Assembly: GCA_964350945.1 (NCBI GenBank)
Contig: CAYGLF010000008.1
Span: 1,702 to 65,701, forward strand
Source of the DNA: an uncultured bacterium
Lineage (GTDB): Bacteria > Chlamydiota > Chlamydiia > Chlamydiales > JAAZZY01
Reading direction: 5' to 3'
DNA: 64,000 nucleotides
Positions 1 through 8,728 of the stretch are shown here, piece by piece. Numbering within the stretch: position 1 is the first letter of the stretch; each line of letters opens with the position of its first letter. The notes below the pieces were generated by a model. That model saw only the letters and a list, made by a program, of their open reading frames with translations, was not told the origin of the DNA and ran no database searches. The position numbers and the translations under genes are program-made.

Positions 1-17
1 GTTGGCCTCCAGAAACT

Positions 18-860
18 ATGGGATGGTATAAATCTGATAGAAATGAACACTTTAAAATAGCTTTAGAAATCATTGATCAAAATCCCAAGCAAAAGCACAC
101 CTCTGATTTTATAAAACACTTTCTCAGAGAAGGAATGAAAGTTGAAACAAACTATGGCTGGCCTGGGGTGGATGCTTTAGATATTGCCATAAAAATTAAA
201 GACAAAAAGCTAGTGCAGGTTCTATTAGAAAAGGGAGCTTCCGTTGCTAGTTACAGCAAGAACGCACTACATACATTAGCGTCTAAGCACTTTGATAAAA
301 CCAGCTCCTCCTTTGAGGACTGCCAGGTCGATTTAAAAATGCTCGCTCAAATGCTTAAATCAAAACAATGTAACGAGAAGTCTGCGAAAGCAACTGCTAA
401 CAAATTATTTCCGCATGATTATATCAAAGTAAACACGATCAATTCTTGTCAAAAAGCGTCATATGTCTATATGGATAAAATAAAATGCTGGCAACCTACA
501 AAGAGTGCTGAAAAATTTTTAGCTTCTTTAAATAGACCAAGACGAAGGCAAGAAGAAACGTATCGATCAAAGACAGACTCTCATCAACAAAAATTCAATA
601 GCTTTTATAACGAGCGGAAAAAGCGCCGCGCCCAAATTAAAGACAATAAGCCCACCATCAGGTCAAGCTGTGAATTACTCAAGTTCTCGTCTTCGACCCC
701 AAAAAAGAAAATTAAATCAGTCTGCAGGAAAGAAATTTTTAAAAGACACCCCGACCACACCAAAATGAAAGGAGACACAAAATTTCAAAATTACTATGAA
801 GCGTGCGATCTCTTGAAAAAAAACAAGGGCGACTACCCCTGCAAGAAAAGCTTTTTTTAA
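18..860 (+). CDS. Ankyrin-repeat protein with C-terminal J-domain (candidate effector); may be 5'-truncated by the window edge
   Basis: Ankyrin-like segment ALDIAIKIKDKKLVQVLLEKGASV...NALHTLA. C-terminal CELLKFSSSTPKKKIKSVCRKEIFKRHPDH...KFQNYYEACDLL follows the J-domain helix II-HPD-helix III pattern. The frame is open back to position 3. Confidence 0.7.
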   Translation: MGWYKSDRNEHFKIALEIIDQNPKQKHTSDFIKHFLREGMKVETNYGWPGVDALDIAIKIKDKKLVQVLLEKGASVASYSKNALHTLASKHFDKTSSSFEDCQVDLKMLAQMLKSKQCNEKSAKATANKLFPHDYIKVNTINSCQKASYVYMDKIKCWQPTKSAEKFLASLNRPRRRQEETYRSKTDSHQQKFNSFYNERKKRRAQIKDNKPTIRSSCELLKFSSSTPKKKIKSVCRKEIFKRHPDHTKMKGDTKFQNYYEACDLLKKNKGDYPCKKSFF

Positions 861-888
861 ACCCATAAGTAGATTTTATATAAAAAGC

Positions 889-1380
889 TTATATCCAGTG
901 AATGAGCCCATTCCAATCATGACAAAGAGCAAAATGCTGGACTTGCCCTTCATCTCTTTGAATTGTTTCGGCAAACAGTTTTAAATTCTCGGGAGTGACA
1001 TTGTGGTGGTTAACTTCATCATGAAAACTTTCTAAACAGCCCTGCAAAAGCTCTTTCCAAGCCCTACCATTTTTATTCTTAAGTTTGTGGAAGTTCCCAC
1101 CTTGACCGCTTTGCAAGACGCCTATTAGAAAAGTAAGAGGGTGTAGATGATCTATTTGATCCCCTCTTTTTTTTAGTTCTTTTTTAAGCAGAAGTAATTT
1201 GGGCCAAGATTTGTTGGCTAGTTTATCGACAATAAATTGAATATGGGAAGTTTCATCACCATCTACTGAAACGGAGAAATTGCGAGGCTGCCCTTTCCCC
1301 CAGCTTCCACGCCCCTTTTCAGGCTCCAAATAGAAGTTATAGCCTGATAACTGCGTGCGCTCAAAGATAGCTTGAACCAA
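889..1380 (-). CDS. Hypothetical protein (163 aa)
   Basis: TTG start preceded by GGAGG, immediately downstream of tRNA-Leu. No family recognised. Confidence 0.65.
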   Translation of the reverse strand: MVQAIFERTQLSGYNFYLEPEKGRGSWGKGQPRNFSVSVDGDETSHIQFIVDKLANKSWPKLLLLKKELKKRGDQIDHLHPLTFLIGVLQSGQGGNFHKLKNKNGRAWKELLQGCLESFHDEVNHHNVTPENLKLFAETIQRDEGQVQHFALCHDWNGLIHWI

Positions 1381-1397
1381 AACGGCCTCCCGGGAAA

Positions 1398-1480
1398 TGT
1401 CGATGACTGGACTCGAACCAGCACCTTATTGCTAAGAGTAGAGTTTGAGTCTACCGCGTCTACCATTCCGCCACATCGAC
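1398..1480 (-). tRNA. tRNA-Leu(CAA)
   Basis: Minus strand reads GTCGATG...GGTAGAC...GTAGA-CTCAAAC-TCTAC...long variable arm...GGTTCGAGTCC...CATCGAC-A. No encoded CCA. Confidence 0.95.
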
Positions 1481-1499
1481 TTATTATTAGCGAGGCGGT

Positions 1500-1528
1500 A
1501 TTGTAACGTAAAGTGATGTATTGCTCAA
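1500..1528 (-). promoter_or_regulatory. Putative sigma66/70 promoter for tRNA-Leu
   Basis: TTGAGC-17 nt-TACAAT on the minus strand, about 20 nt upstream of the tRNA 5' end. Confidence 0.5.
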
Positions 1529-1548
1529 GCAAGAAAGTGTTTGGCCAA

Positions 1549-2361
1549 TCAATCGTCGAGTGCCGGTTCTCCTTCAGCCTCTTTAAAATCAGAGGTGAAC
1601 CCTAGGTCCTGCTCTAAAATCTCTTCAGCAAGCTGAAGATAATCTTGAGCCCCATGGCTCTTAGGATCATAAGCAGTGATAGGCGCTAAGTGTAAAGAAG
1701 CCTCTGCAAGCCGAATGTTTTCTCTAATAAATGCTTTAAACACCTGACCTTCAAATCGACTTTGAATTTGGGATAGCACTTCTTTAGAGTGATTGTTTCT
1801 AAAGTCAACGCGACAAGGTAAAATTCCTTTAATTTTCAGGTGGGGGTTTAGCCTTGCTTGCACCAATTTAATGGTACTTAAAAGCTGCACCAAACCATGA
1901 AGCGCCATCACACGTGTTTCTACTGGAATTAAGACCTCATCGGCAGCCGTTAAAGCGTTGAGAGAGAGAGTTCCTAGATTGGGCGGACAGTCCATAATCA
2001 CATAGTCAAACTCTTCATCAATCTCTTTGAATTTATCGCGTAATATTAGCTCTGCTCCAACCTCTGTTGCCAAAGACTTTTCAACTTTCACCAAGATGGG
2101 AGCTGCCGGGATAATTGCTAGATTCTCATATTTTGTTTGTAAAAGAGTCTCTTGCATCGGCTTATTCTCCAAGAATAAATCTAAAAGAGCTTGTCCTTGT
2201 TTTTTAAAGCCAAACCAAAAAGATGAAGATGCTTGAGGGTCTAAATCAATCAGCAGTACTTTTTTGCCCAGGTTGGCAAGTGATGCTGCCAGGTTTACTG
2301 AAGTCGTTGTTTTGCCTGTCCCCCCTTTTTGGTTGACAATCGCGATTCTTTTCATATCCAA
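1549..2361 (-). CDS. parA: ParA/Soj family ATPase
   Basis: Deviant Walker [12 protein letters not shown], plus [15 protein letters not shown] and [10 protein letters not shown] motifs. Confidence 0.9.
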   Translation of the reverse strand: MDMKRIAIVNQKGGTGKTTTSVNLAASLANLGKKVLLIDLDPQASSSFWFGFKKQGQALLDLFLENKPMQETLLQTKYENLAIIPAAPILVKVEKSLATEVGAELILRDKFKEIDEEFDYVIMDCPPNLGTLSLNALTAADEVLIPVETRVMALHGLVQLLSTIKLVQARLNPHLKIKGILPCRVDFRNNHSKEVLSQIQSRFEGQVFKAFIRENIRLAEASLHLAPITAYDPKSHGAQDYLQLAEEILEQDLGFTSDFKEAEGEPALDD

Positions 2362-2430
2362 GTCCTATCTTTTGTACGAGATTGGCCTACATATACCGCT
2401 TTAGATCTTTTAGGGCAAAGGGATAATGAA

Positions 2431-3273
2431 CTAGTAGCGTAGATAGTTATAAAAAGCTTGCCGCCAAGTATAAGTTACTGGCTCTTGCTTTTGTAAATCT
2501 CGTCTGACCTGAATACTTAGGTAGGGAAATGGGTGGGTATTATCTTTGTCTCTTCCCTCATCTGACTTGTAGAGTTTGATAAAAACTTCTTTATTAAACC
2601 AAGGAGGGGTGGTGACATTGAGGTCTTTTTTAGTGTATCTTGAAAAAGCACTCAACCCTTCTTGGCTTTCAAATGCCGGCATTTGATAGTACTGCATCAG
2701 AGTCTCAATCACTTTTAAGGGATTTTTCTCATACCCCTCGACATAGAAATCCACCTCCGCAGCAATGGTATGTTTGGAGGTCGCATTATAGCTTGAAGGA
2801 TCGCTATAGCGGTTGTGCTGGGGGCAGCGATGACCACAGGTAATCACCACTCTTGCGTCCAAAGTCTTCTGAACATAGTTCAGCAGATCAATTAAAATGG
2901 GATATACAAATTCTCGGCTTTCACAAAGAGAGAGCGAGTGACGAGCACCTCCTCCACAATCAAAAAGCCGCTCTTCACCAAAAAGATAGGACGGATTTTC
3001 ACTGCTCCCCTTACAGCGGAAAAATTCTTTAGTGATAAAAGGATATTTCTCATAGTGGCTATACTCCCATGGGTAATCTTTAGGCTCTGCTCGCTGGAGC
3101 GGAGGAAGCTCAGTAACCGGATCGCTTGACTGCCGCCTAATTTTTTGAGTCACCAAGTTATTCAACTTAATTTTTTGATATTCCGTTTTCTGTAAGTTCC
3201 CTTTGCAACTCCCCATCACCAAGAGCAGGGCACTACAAACCACAAATCGCTGGAATAAAAAAATCTGTTTCAT
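2431..3273 (-). CDS. Lipoprotein with peptidase M15A-like (Hedgehog/DD-peptidase fold) segment
   Basis: Lipobox-like VMGSC. VITCGHRCPQHN...SKH...AEVDF resembles the M15A motif. Confidence 0.6.
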   Translation of the reverse strand: MKQIFLFQRFVVCSALLLVMGSCKGNLQKTEYQKIKLNNLVTQKIRRQSSDPVTELPPLQRAEPKDYPWEYSHYEKYPFITKEFFRCKGSSENPSYLFGEERLFDCGGGARHSLSLCESREFVYPILIDLLNYVQKTLDARVVITCGHRCPQHNRYSDPSSYNATSKHTIAAEVDFYVEGYEKNPLKVIETLMQYYQMPAFESQEGLSAFSRYTKKDLNVTTPPWFNKEVFIKLYKSDEGRDKDNTHPFPYLSIQVRRDLQKQEPVTYTWRQAFYNYLRY

Positions 3274-3361
3274 GAGCTTTATTTTTTACCTTGAGAGTCA
3301 ACCTTGATTTTGTGTAGTATTTAGGGCTTTTGAAAACCTCAACACCAAAAAAGAACATCAT

Positions 3362-4060
3362 ATGGACTGGATAAATGAATTTCAACTTTTCTTGTTAGAC
3401 TTCGATGGTCTGCTTGTTAATACAGAGAGCCTCCACTACCAAGCTTATATTCGGATGTGCCAACAGCGGGGCCATCAGCTCAACTGGACTTTTGATCAAT
3501 TTTGTGAGGCTGCTCACTATGACTCTAAACTTTTGCGCATCAAGCTGCAAGAAGCTCTCCCCGAACTTTTTGTTCAAGAGCCGGACTGGTCAACTCTCTA
3601 TACAGAGAAGAAAAAACTGTACCTGCAAATTTTAGGAGAGAAAAAAATTGAATTGATGCCAGGTGCAGAAAAATTTTTAACTGCTTTAAAAGAAAACGGC
3701 ATCAAGCGTGTGGTTGTCACCCACTCACCCATTGAACAAGTTCAATATATTCGCGACCAACACCCTGTTTTGCAAACGATCAAGCATTGGATCACTCGCG
3801 AGGACTACGAGCTGTCAAAGCCTCACCCTGAACCCTACCTAACCGCCATTGATCGCCACAGTAGTAAGGGGGATAAAATCATTGGATTTGAAGACTCTCC
3901 TAGAGGAATTGCTGCCCTTTTAGGAACGAGTGCAAAAGCAGTTTTGATTAATCCATCAGTCCCTAAAAAGATTGAGCCATTGATCAGTGATCGTAAAATA
4001 GCTCACTTTGGGTCTATTGCAGACATCACTAAAGAAAAGCTACTCGAAGAGGAAGTTTAA
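3362..4060 (+). CDS. HAD-family phosphatase
   Basis: Motifs DFDGLL, SKPHPEPY and FEDSPRG. Confidence 0.9.
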   Translation: MDWINEFQLFLLDFDGLLVNTESLHYQAYIRMCQQRGHQLNWTFDQFCEAAHYDSKLLRIKLQEALPELFVQEPDWSTLYTEKKKLYLQILGEKKIELMPGAEKFLTALKENGIKRVVVTHSPIEQVQYIRDQHPVLQTIKHWITREDYELSKPHPEPYLTAIDRHSSKGDKIIGFEDSPRGIAALLGTSAKAVLINPSVPKKIEPLISDRKIAHFGSIADITKEKLLEEEV

Positions 4061-6541
4061 AAGATCTTTCTCAACATACCTTTTCTTTCCACGAGCTGGG
4101 AAGCGGTGGATAAAAAGGGCAGGGTTATGATTGGTTTCAATAATTAAATGATTCAAATCGCTCGGTTTAGATTTTATTTCCTGAATCATCATGTCCACCC
4201 CACATATCTTGGCCCCGCATGCTTGAGCTGCACTCAAGGCTATTTGGCTATAACCTCCATGGACTTTTTCAGTCGCATCCCAAGACTCCCCACCAGTTGA
4301 CACATTACTATTATGCCTTAAAAAGACCTGCTGATTTTTTTTAAGCACGCTCTTTGCATTCAACCCTTGCTTATTGAGGGTGTTTACAACAGTGCCCTTG
4401 ACTTCTAAAGGCTTTTGAAATCGCCTCCGGTGCTCATTTTTTTGATTCTTAAGCTTAATCAACTGCAAAATGGAATGCTGACCATCTCCCACAACATACG
4501 GAGGAACACGGTGCGCGATTGCAACAACTTTAGATCCTATGACTAAAAAGCGATACTCTTTACCTTTGAAAAAAGGCTCCACAAGAATTTGATCTCCCCT
4601 TTTTTCAATCTCTAGAACCGCTTTTCTGAATGTTTTTTTATCTTGAGGCTCCACAAAAGAAATCCCCTCTCCATAGTTCCCACAATTAGGTTTAACTACC
4701 ACATGCTCCTTTTGAAAAAAGGAGTATTTCTCTAGAGCATCCAAAGAGGATTCAAAAAGACGCCCCTTAGGGGCTGTCAGCCCATGTTCCCTCAAAAGGG
4801 TTTGGGTCACAAATTTATTTTCCATTGCCCAGTAACTGACAAAGGTATCGCGTGCTGTTTGGGTGGCTTGCTTGATCATCATGCTATTAGATGCTCCATG
4901 GATGCGTATAAAGTTGTCCTTGCGATCTAAGATATCGACACGGTAGCCTCTTTTAAAAGCTTCTTGAATCACCATTTGAGTTGATGGCTCCATCTCGCGG
5001 TAACCCGCAAGCTGATCTTCTTCTTTAAGCTCTTGTGTTTCCGTCTGAGCTAGCGATATTTTTGCAAGCTTTTCAAAAGCAGTCTTTTTAGAGCTGCTCA
5101 ACGAAGTCTGCATAAAGTACTTTTTAAACTTTTCACCTTTTTTTAAAATAAACTGCTGGTAATCCAGCTTCTCTTTGTTGAAGTCTTGAATCAACTGTGC
5201 TGAAGGAGTTTTCATCACATCATCAACCTTTGCAAGCTGTCTTTTTAGTGATTTTTGATATAAAGGCTTCCCTGTCCCATCTAAGAGTAGAGCAAGCTCT
5301 TTCATCTCATGGATTATTTCTCCCGCCCACTTTTTAAGAGAAACTAAGGACGCTCCTTTTTTTTGAACCAACTTCAGAGAGGGACTTCTTCCTAAAAGAG
5401 CCACTTGATTTTGATTGTGGCAAATAATTTTGGCTTCTCCTGTCAGAATGGGAGGGCTTTTTTTAAACAAACAAAAAATGAAAAAAAGATGCATAAAATA
5501 AAGCATATCTAGATCTAACCCTAAAGGAATTAGAGGATTAATATCGATATTACGAACTTCAAAGTACCCAACTCCCTCTTCTAAAGCTTCTAGAGGCCTT
5601 TTTGAAATATGGCTAAAAGGCTTGGGCCGTATTCTTGAGTAATGCTCGGCTTCAATTTGTAATACATTTGTATTCATCTGTATCTGCTTTCCATTTTCCA
5701 TAACCCCTATTTTTTCAAAGCAAGGATGAGAGGTAGTGAGCGCCTTTTTTAAATCGCGGCGGTAGGCATCTAATGAGTTGAGAGAAATTACTCTTTGAGA
5801 TTGAATTTTACTAAAGTAGCCCAAATGGCTCATGCGGAGGGAAGTGGCATCAGGAGCAATGAAGGTGCTCAAACCCATTTTTTTTAAGTGAGGGTCACTC
5901 TTTGTAAAGGTGCTTTGATCTCCCAATGGCGAAGCTCCAAACAAATAGCTAATCAACCAGCCCCACCTTAAAAAATTGCGCGAAAGAGCAAGATACATTT
6001 TAGATCTAAAATCTTCCAGGCTCTCTTTAGACTTATAAACCGTTTTGAGATGCTCAAAGAAGGGGTCTTGCAGTGAGAAGCTGTAGTGAATTCCAGAAAG
6101 TAACTGCATCTTCTTGCCATACCTTCTGGCAAGGCCTTCTCTATAAAGTTCTTTTTCGTATGCTTCTTGCGTTAGCCCAAATTGAGCTAGGTCCACCTCT
6201 TGTTCATTTAGAATCTCACAAGGCATGCTTGAAGGCCACAAAAGCTCGCTACCCAATTGCTGATACACATAATGATGGATGTCTGTAAGCTGCTCTAAAG
6301 CATGCTCAATATGTGCAAAAGGTTGCGTGATAAATTCAAGTTGCGCATTTGCAAAATCGAGACTTATATGCGGGTGGTTTAATGCAGAACCCAATGCTTG
6401 TGGATGCCCTTTTTTTGAGAGTTGTCCCCTTGGGTCCACTCGCAAATTTTCCTTTTCAAGACCGTGCAGCGTTTTTTTTAATAATGAGGCATGCTTACCG
6501 CTAAACTGATGAAGTAGCTGACTATATAACGGGGAATTCAT
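4040..6541 (-). CDS. gshF: Bifunctional glutamate-cysteine ligase / glutathione synthetase (GshF/GshAB)
   Basis: N-terminal GshA motifs GLEKENLRV, HPQALGSAL, LEFIT, SGIHYSFS, ATSLRMS and IRPK. C-terminal ATP-grasp with STQMVIQEA, VVKP, EYRFLV, NSNVSTGG and GVDM. Confidence 0.88.
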   Translation of the reverse strand: MNSPLYSQLLHQFSGKHASLLKKTLHGLEKENLRVDPRGQLSKKGHPQALGSALNHPHISLDFANAQLEFITQPFAHIEHALEQLTDIHHYVYQQLGSELLWPSSMPCEILNEQEVDLAQFGLTQEAYEKELYREGLARRYGKKMQLLSGIHYSFSLQDPFFEHLKTVYKSKESLEDFRSKMYLALSRNFLRWGWLISYLFGASPLGDQSTFTKSDPHLKKMGLSTFIAPDATSLRMSHLGYFSKIQSQRVISLNSLDAYRRDLKKALTTSHPCFEKIGVMENGKQIQMNTNVLQIEAEHYSRIRPKPFSHISKRPLEALEEGVGYFEVRNIDINPLIPLGLDLDMLYFMHLFFIFCLFKKSPPILTGEAKIICHNQNQVALLGRSPSLKLVQKKGASLVSLKKWAGEIIHEMKELALLLDGTGKPLYQKSLKRQLAKVDDVMKTPSAQLIQDFNKEKLDYQQFILKKGEKFKKYFMQTSLSSSKKTAFEKLAKISLAQTETQELKEEDQLAGYREMEPSTQMVIQEAFKRGYRVDILDRKDNFIRIHGASNSMMIKQATQTARDTFVSYWAMENKFVTQTLLREHGLTAPKGRLFESSLDALEKYSFFQKEHVVVKPNCGNYGEGISFVEPQDKKTFRKAVLEIEKRGDQILVEPFFKGKEYRFLVIGSKVVAIAHRVPPYVVGDGQHSILQLIKLKNQKNEHRRRFQKPLEVKGTVVNTLNKQGLNAKSVLKKNQQVFLRHNSNVSTGGESWDATEKVHGGYSQIALSAAQACGAKICGVDMMIQEIKSKPSDLNHLIIETNHNPALFIHRFPARGKKRYVEKDLLNFLFE

Positions 6542-6647
6542 ATCTCAATTCTATCTCCTAACATAGAGATTTTGACAAAAGGATTTATAAGATGAAGACA
6601 GATGTTAACCCAAGAAGTTTTTATTTATAAATACAATTTAAAACTCT

Positions 6648-7391
6648 TCAATAGATCACTCGATGTAAAAAAAGTCCGTGAGCAGGAGCTGGCATTCCAA
6701 TAGCACGTCTATTTCTTGAAGCAAAAAGAGCTTCTAGTGAATCCATCGAACGTCGTTTTTGTCCAATCTCTATCAAAACGCCTACAATATTACGCACCAT
6801 CTTATAAAGGAAGCCGTCTCCTTCAAACTCTAGACGAAAGCCACCCTCTTGCTTTACAAGTTCAAGTCTTTTAAGGTTGCGAAAGGGATTGGCAATCACT
6901 TGATTCGAAACGCGGTGGTTCGCAAAAGTTGTAAAATCTTTATAGCCCACGAAATGGCAACAGGCTTGTTTCAATAGTTCTACACATAATGGGTTACGCA
7001 TATGCAGCCGATACGCTGAATTGATTGGATCTACAACTGGCAAATCCCAAAAATGATAATGATAGATTTTACCTCGAGCACTAAACCGGGCATGAAAATC
7101 TAAGTCCGTCTCAAAGAGCTTATAAACACGAATGTCAGAGGGTAATAGACCATTAAGTGAAAGGAGCACTCTTTTTTCATCTAATGAATCTGCGGTTTCA
7201 AAATGAGCGACTTGCCCTTTAGCGTGCACCCCTCGATCAGTTCGCCCTGAACCAAAAATTGTAATAGGAGCCTGCAAAATAGTTGAGAGCGCTTTTTGAA
7301 GACTCTCTTGAATAGAGGGGGCGTTAGGCTGTATTTGCCAGCCACTATATTGCGTGCCGTCGTAAGAAACTTTAAGACAATAACGCTTCAT
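6648..7391 (-). CDS. truA: tRNA pseudouridine(38-40) synthase
   Basis: Motifs YDGTQYSGWQ, GRTDRGVHA, FLYKMVR and APAHGL. Confidence 0.97.
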   Translation of the reverse strand: MKRYCLKVSYDGTQYSGWQIQPNAPSIQESLQKALSTILQAPITIFGSGRTDRGVHAKGQVAHFETADSLDEKRVLLSLNGLLPSDIRVYKLFETDLDFHARFSARGKIYHYHFWDLPVVDPINSAYRLHMRNPLCVELLKQACCHFVGYKDFTTFANHRVSNQVIANPFRNLKRLELVKQEGGFRLEFEGDGFLYKMVRNIVGVLIEIGQKRRSMDSLEALFASRNRRAIGMPAPAHGLFLHRVIY

Positions 7392-8073
7392 GTCCAGCCT
7401 TTGGCGTCTTTAAAATAGATTGAACCACCTGAAGATCTGAAGGAGTTGTAACTTTGATATTCAAAGAGTTACCTTTTACAAGACATGCTAAGCAGTTGAG
7501 TTTTTCTAATAACGATGTCTCATCTGTAACCTGCCACCCTTTCTCTTGAGCGATCAACAATCCTTTTTCGAGGAGATCTCTATGCACTACTTGTGGAGTT
7601 TGCACTTCCCAAATTCGCGAGCGTTCGAGTGTTTTCTCAATACGACCCGAAAGATCCACCTGCTTTAGGGTAGATGTGGAGGGCACTGCAAGAGCTGCCA
7701 CGCCATTTTCTAGAGCTAACTTAAAAAGTTCTTCAAAATAAAGTTCATCTACAAGGGGGCGGGCAGCATCGTGCACAAAAACTAGTTTTGATTCTTTTTT
7801 CAATGCTTTGAGACCATTACTAAGAGACTCTTGACGTAAGGTTCCGGGAGGGGCAAATGAAATTTGCTCATTGAGAGCAAAGGTAGCTTGATACGAAGGA
7901 TCACAGACAATGACGATTTCACCGATTAGAGGGCTTTTTAAAAAAGGGTTTAGGGCATGTTGGGCAATCGTTTGCCCTGATATTTCTATAAACTGCTTAG
8001 GCATCGCAGCTCCCATTCGGAGGCCTTTACCACCAGCGAGTAGAACCAAAGAAGCTTTTAAATGTGTTTTCAT
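7372..8073 (-). CDS. ispD: 2-C-methyl-D-erythritol 4-phosphate cytidylyltransferase
   Basis: Motifs LAGGKGLRMG..PKQF, VHDAARP, QTPQ and NIKVTTPSDL. Confidence 0.95.
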   Translation of the reverse strand: MKTHLKASLVLLAGGKGLRMGAAMPKQFIEISGQTIAQHALNPFLKSPLIGEIVIVCDPSYQATFALNEQISFAPPGTLRQESLSNGLKALKKESKLVFVHDAARPLVDELYFEELFKLALENGVAALAVPSTSTLKQVDLSGRIEKTLERSRIWEVQTPQVVHRDLLEKGLLIAQEKGWQVTDETSLLEKLNCLACLVKGNSLNIKVTTPSDLQVVQSILKTPKAGHEALLS

Positions 8074-8154
8074 TTGAAAGACAGGTTTTTAATTTATTAA
8101 AAACTACATATTATATATAAAAGAGTTATTTTTAAACAAAATTAGACTAGATGA

Positions 8155-8187
8155 GGAAGAAAGTGGAGCCACAAAGGGTCGCTCCAC
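8155..8187 (-). terminator. Putative intrinsic terminator after the SWIB gene
   Basis: GTGGAGC/GCTCCAC stem followed by TTTCTT on the minus strand. Confidence 0.5.
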
Positions 8188-8201
8188 ATAAAGATCTTAT
8201 T

Positions 8202-8465
8202 TTACGAAATAATATGCTTCGAAATTGCTTTTGTCATTTGGAACATATCACACCCTTTTTTCCCGATAATTTTGACTAGCTTGTCATCAGGTAGAATCAT
8301 ACGTTTGTTGTTCTCATCTTGTCTTTTGTGTTTTTTAATGTAATCCCACATCTTTTTAACAACTTTGGTTCTAGGCATAGGGCCTTTTCCAACGATGTCT
8401 TCTAGCTCTTTCGTGAGCTTCATTGGCTTCATAAAAGCAGGCGTTTTTTTCTTTTCTGCTGGCAT
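8202..8465 (-). CDS. Standalone SWIB/MDM2-domain protein
   Basis: FMKP...L..IVG.GPMPRT.VVKKMWDYIKKH..QD..NKR.I.PDDKL. AGGAG RBS present. Confidence 0.93.
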   Translation of the reverse strand: MPAEKKKTPAFMKPMKLTKELEDIVGKGPMPRTKVVKKMWDYIKKHKRQDENNKRMILPDDKLVKIIGKKGCDMFQMTKAISKHIIS

Positions 8466-8728
8466 ATCGTTCTCCTTACAAATCGGGTTTAAAATAATAA
8501 CTATACTTCTTTAAGTTTCAAACAGGGCCTTACCGCAAAGCCTTCGCATTTTTCATAATCAATCTTTTTAGCTCTGAATGTTTTTTTTAGTCAAAGGAAT
8601 TTATAAATTTGCGTATAGTATGCCCATATTTCCTAATAAATATAGAAAAAAGAATCCATTTTTTTAAAATGGTGGGTTGTGATAAGGACAAAACAAGGAT
8701 AAATTGGCGGAGGGGTCAAAAAATAGCT

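Noticed and set aside
840-860. Possible CaaX prenylation motif (CKKSFF)
   Set aside because: The Cys is sixth from the end, not fourth.
1263-1532. 89-aa ORF on the minus strand
   Set aside because: It spans tRNA-Leu(CAA) and overlaps a better-supported CDS, so it is a shadow ORF.
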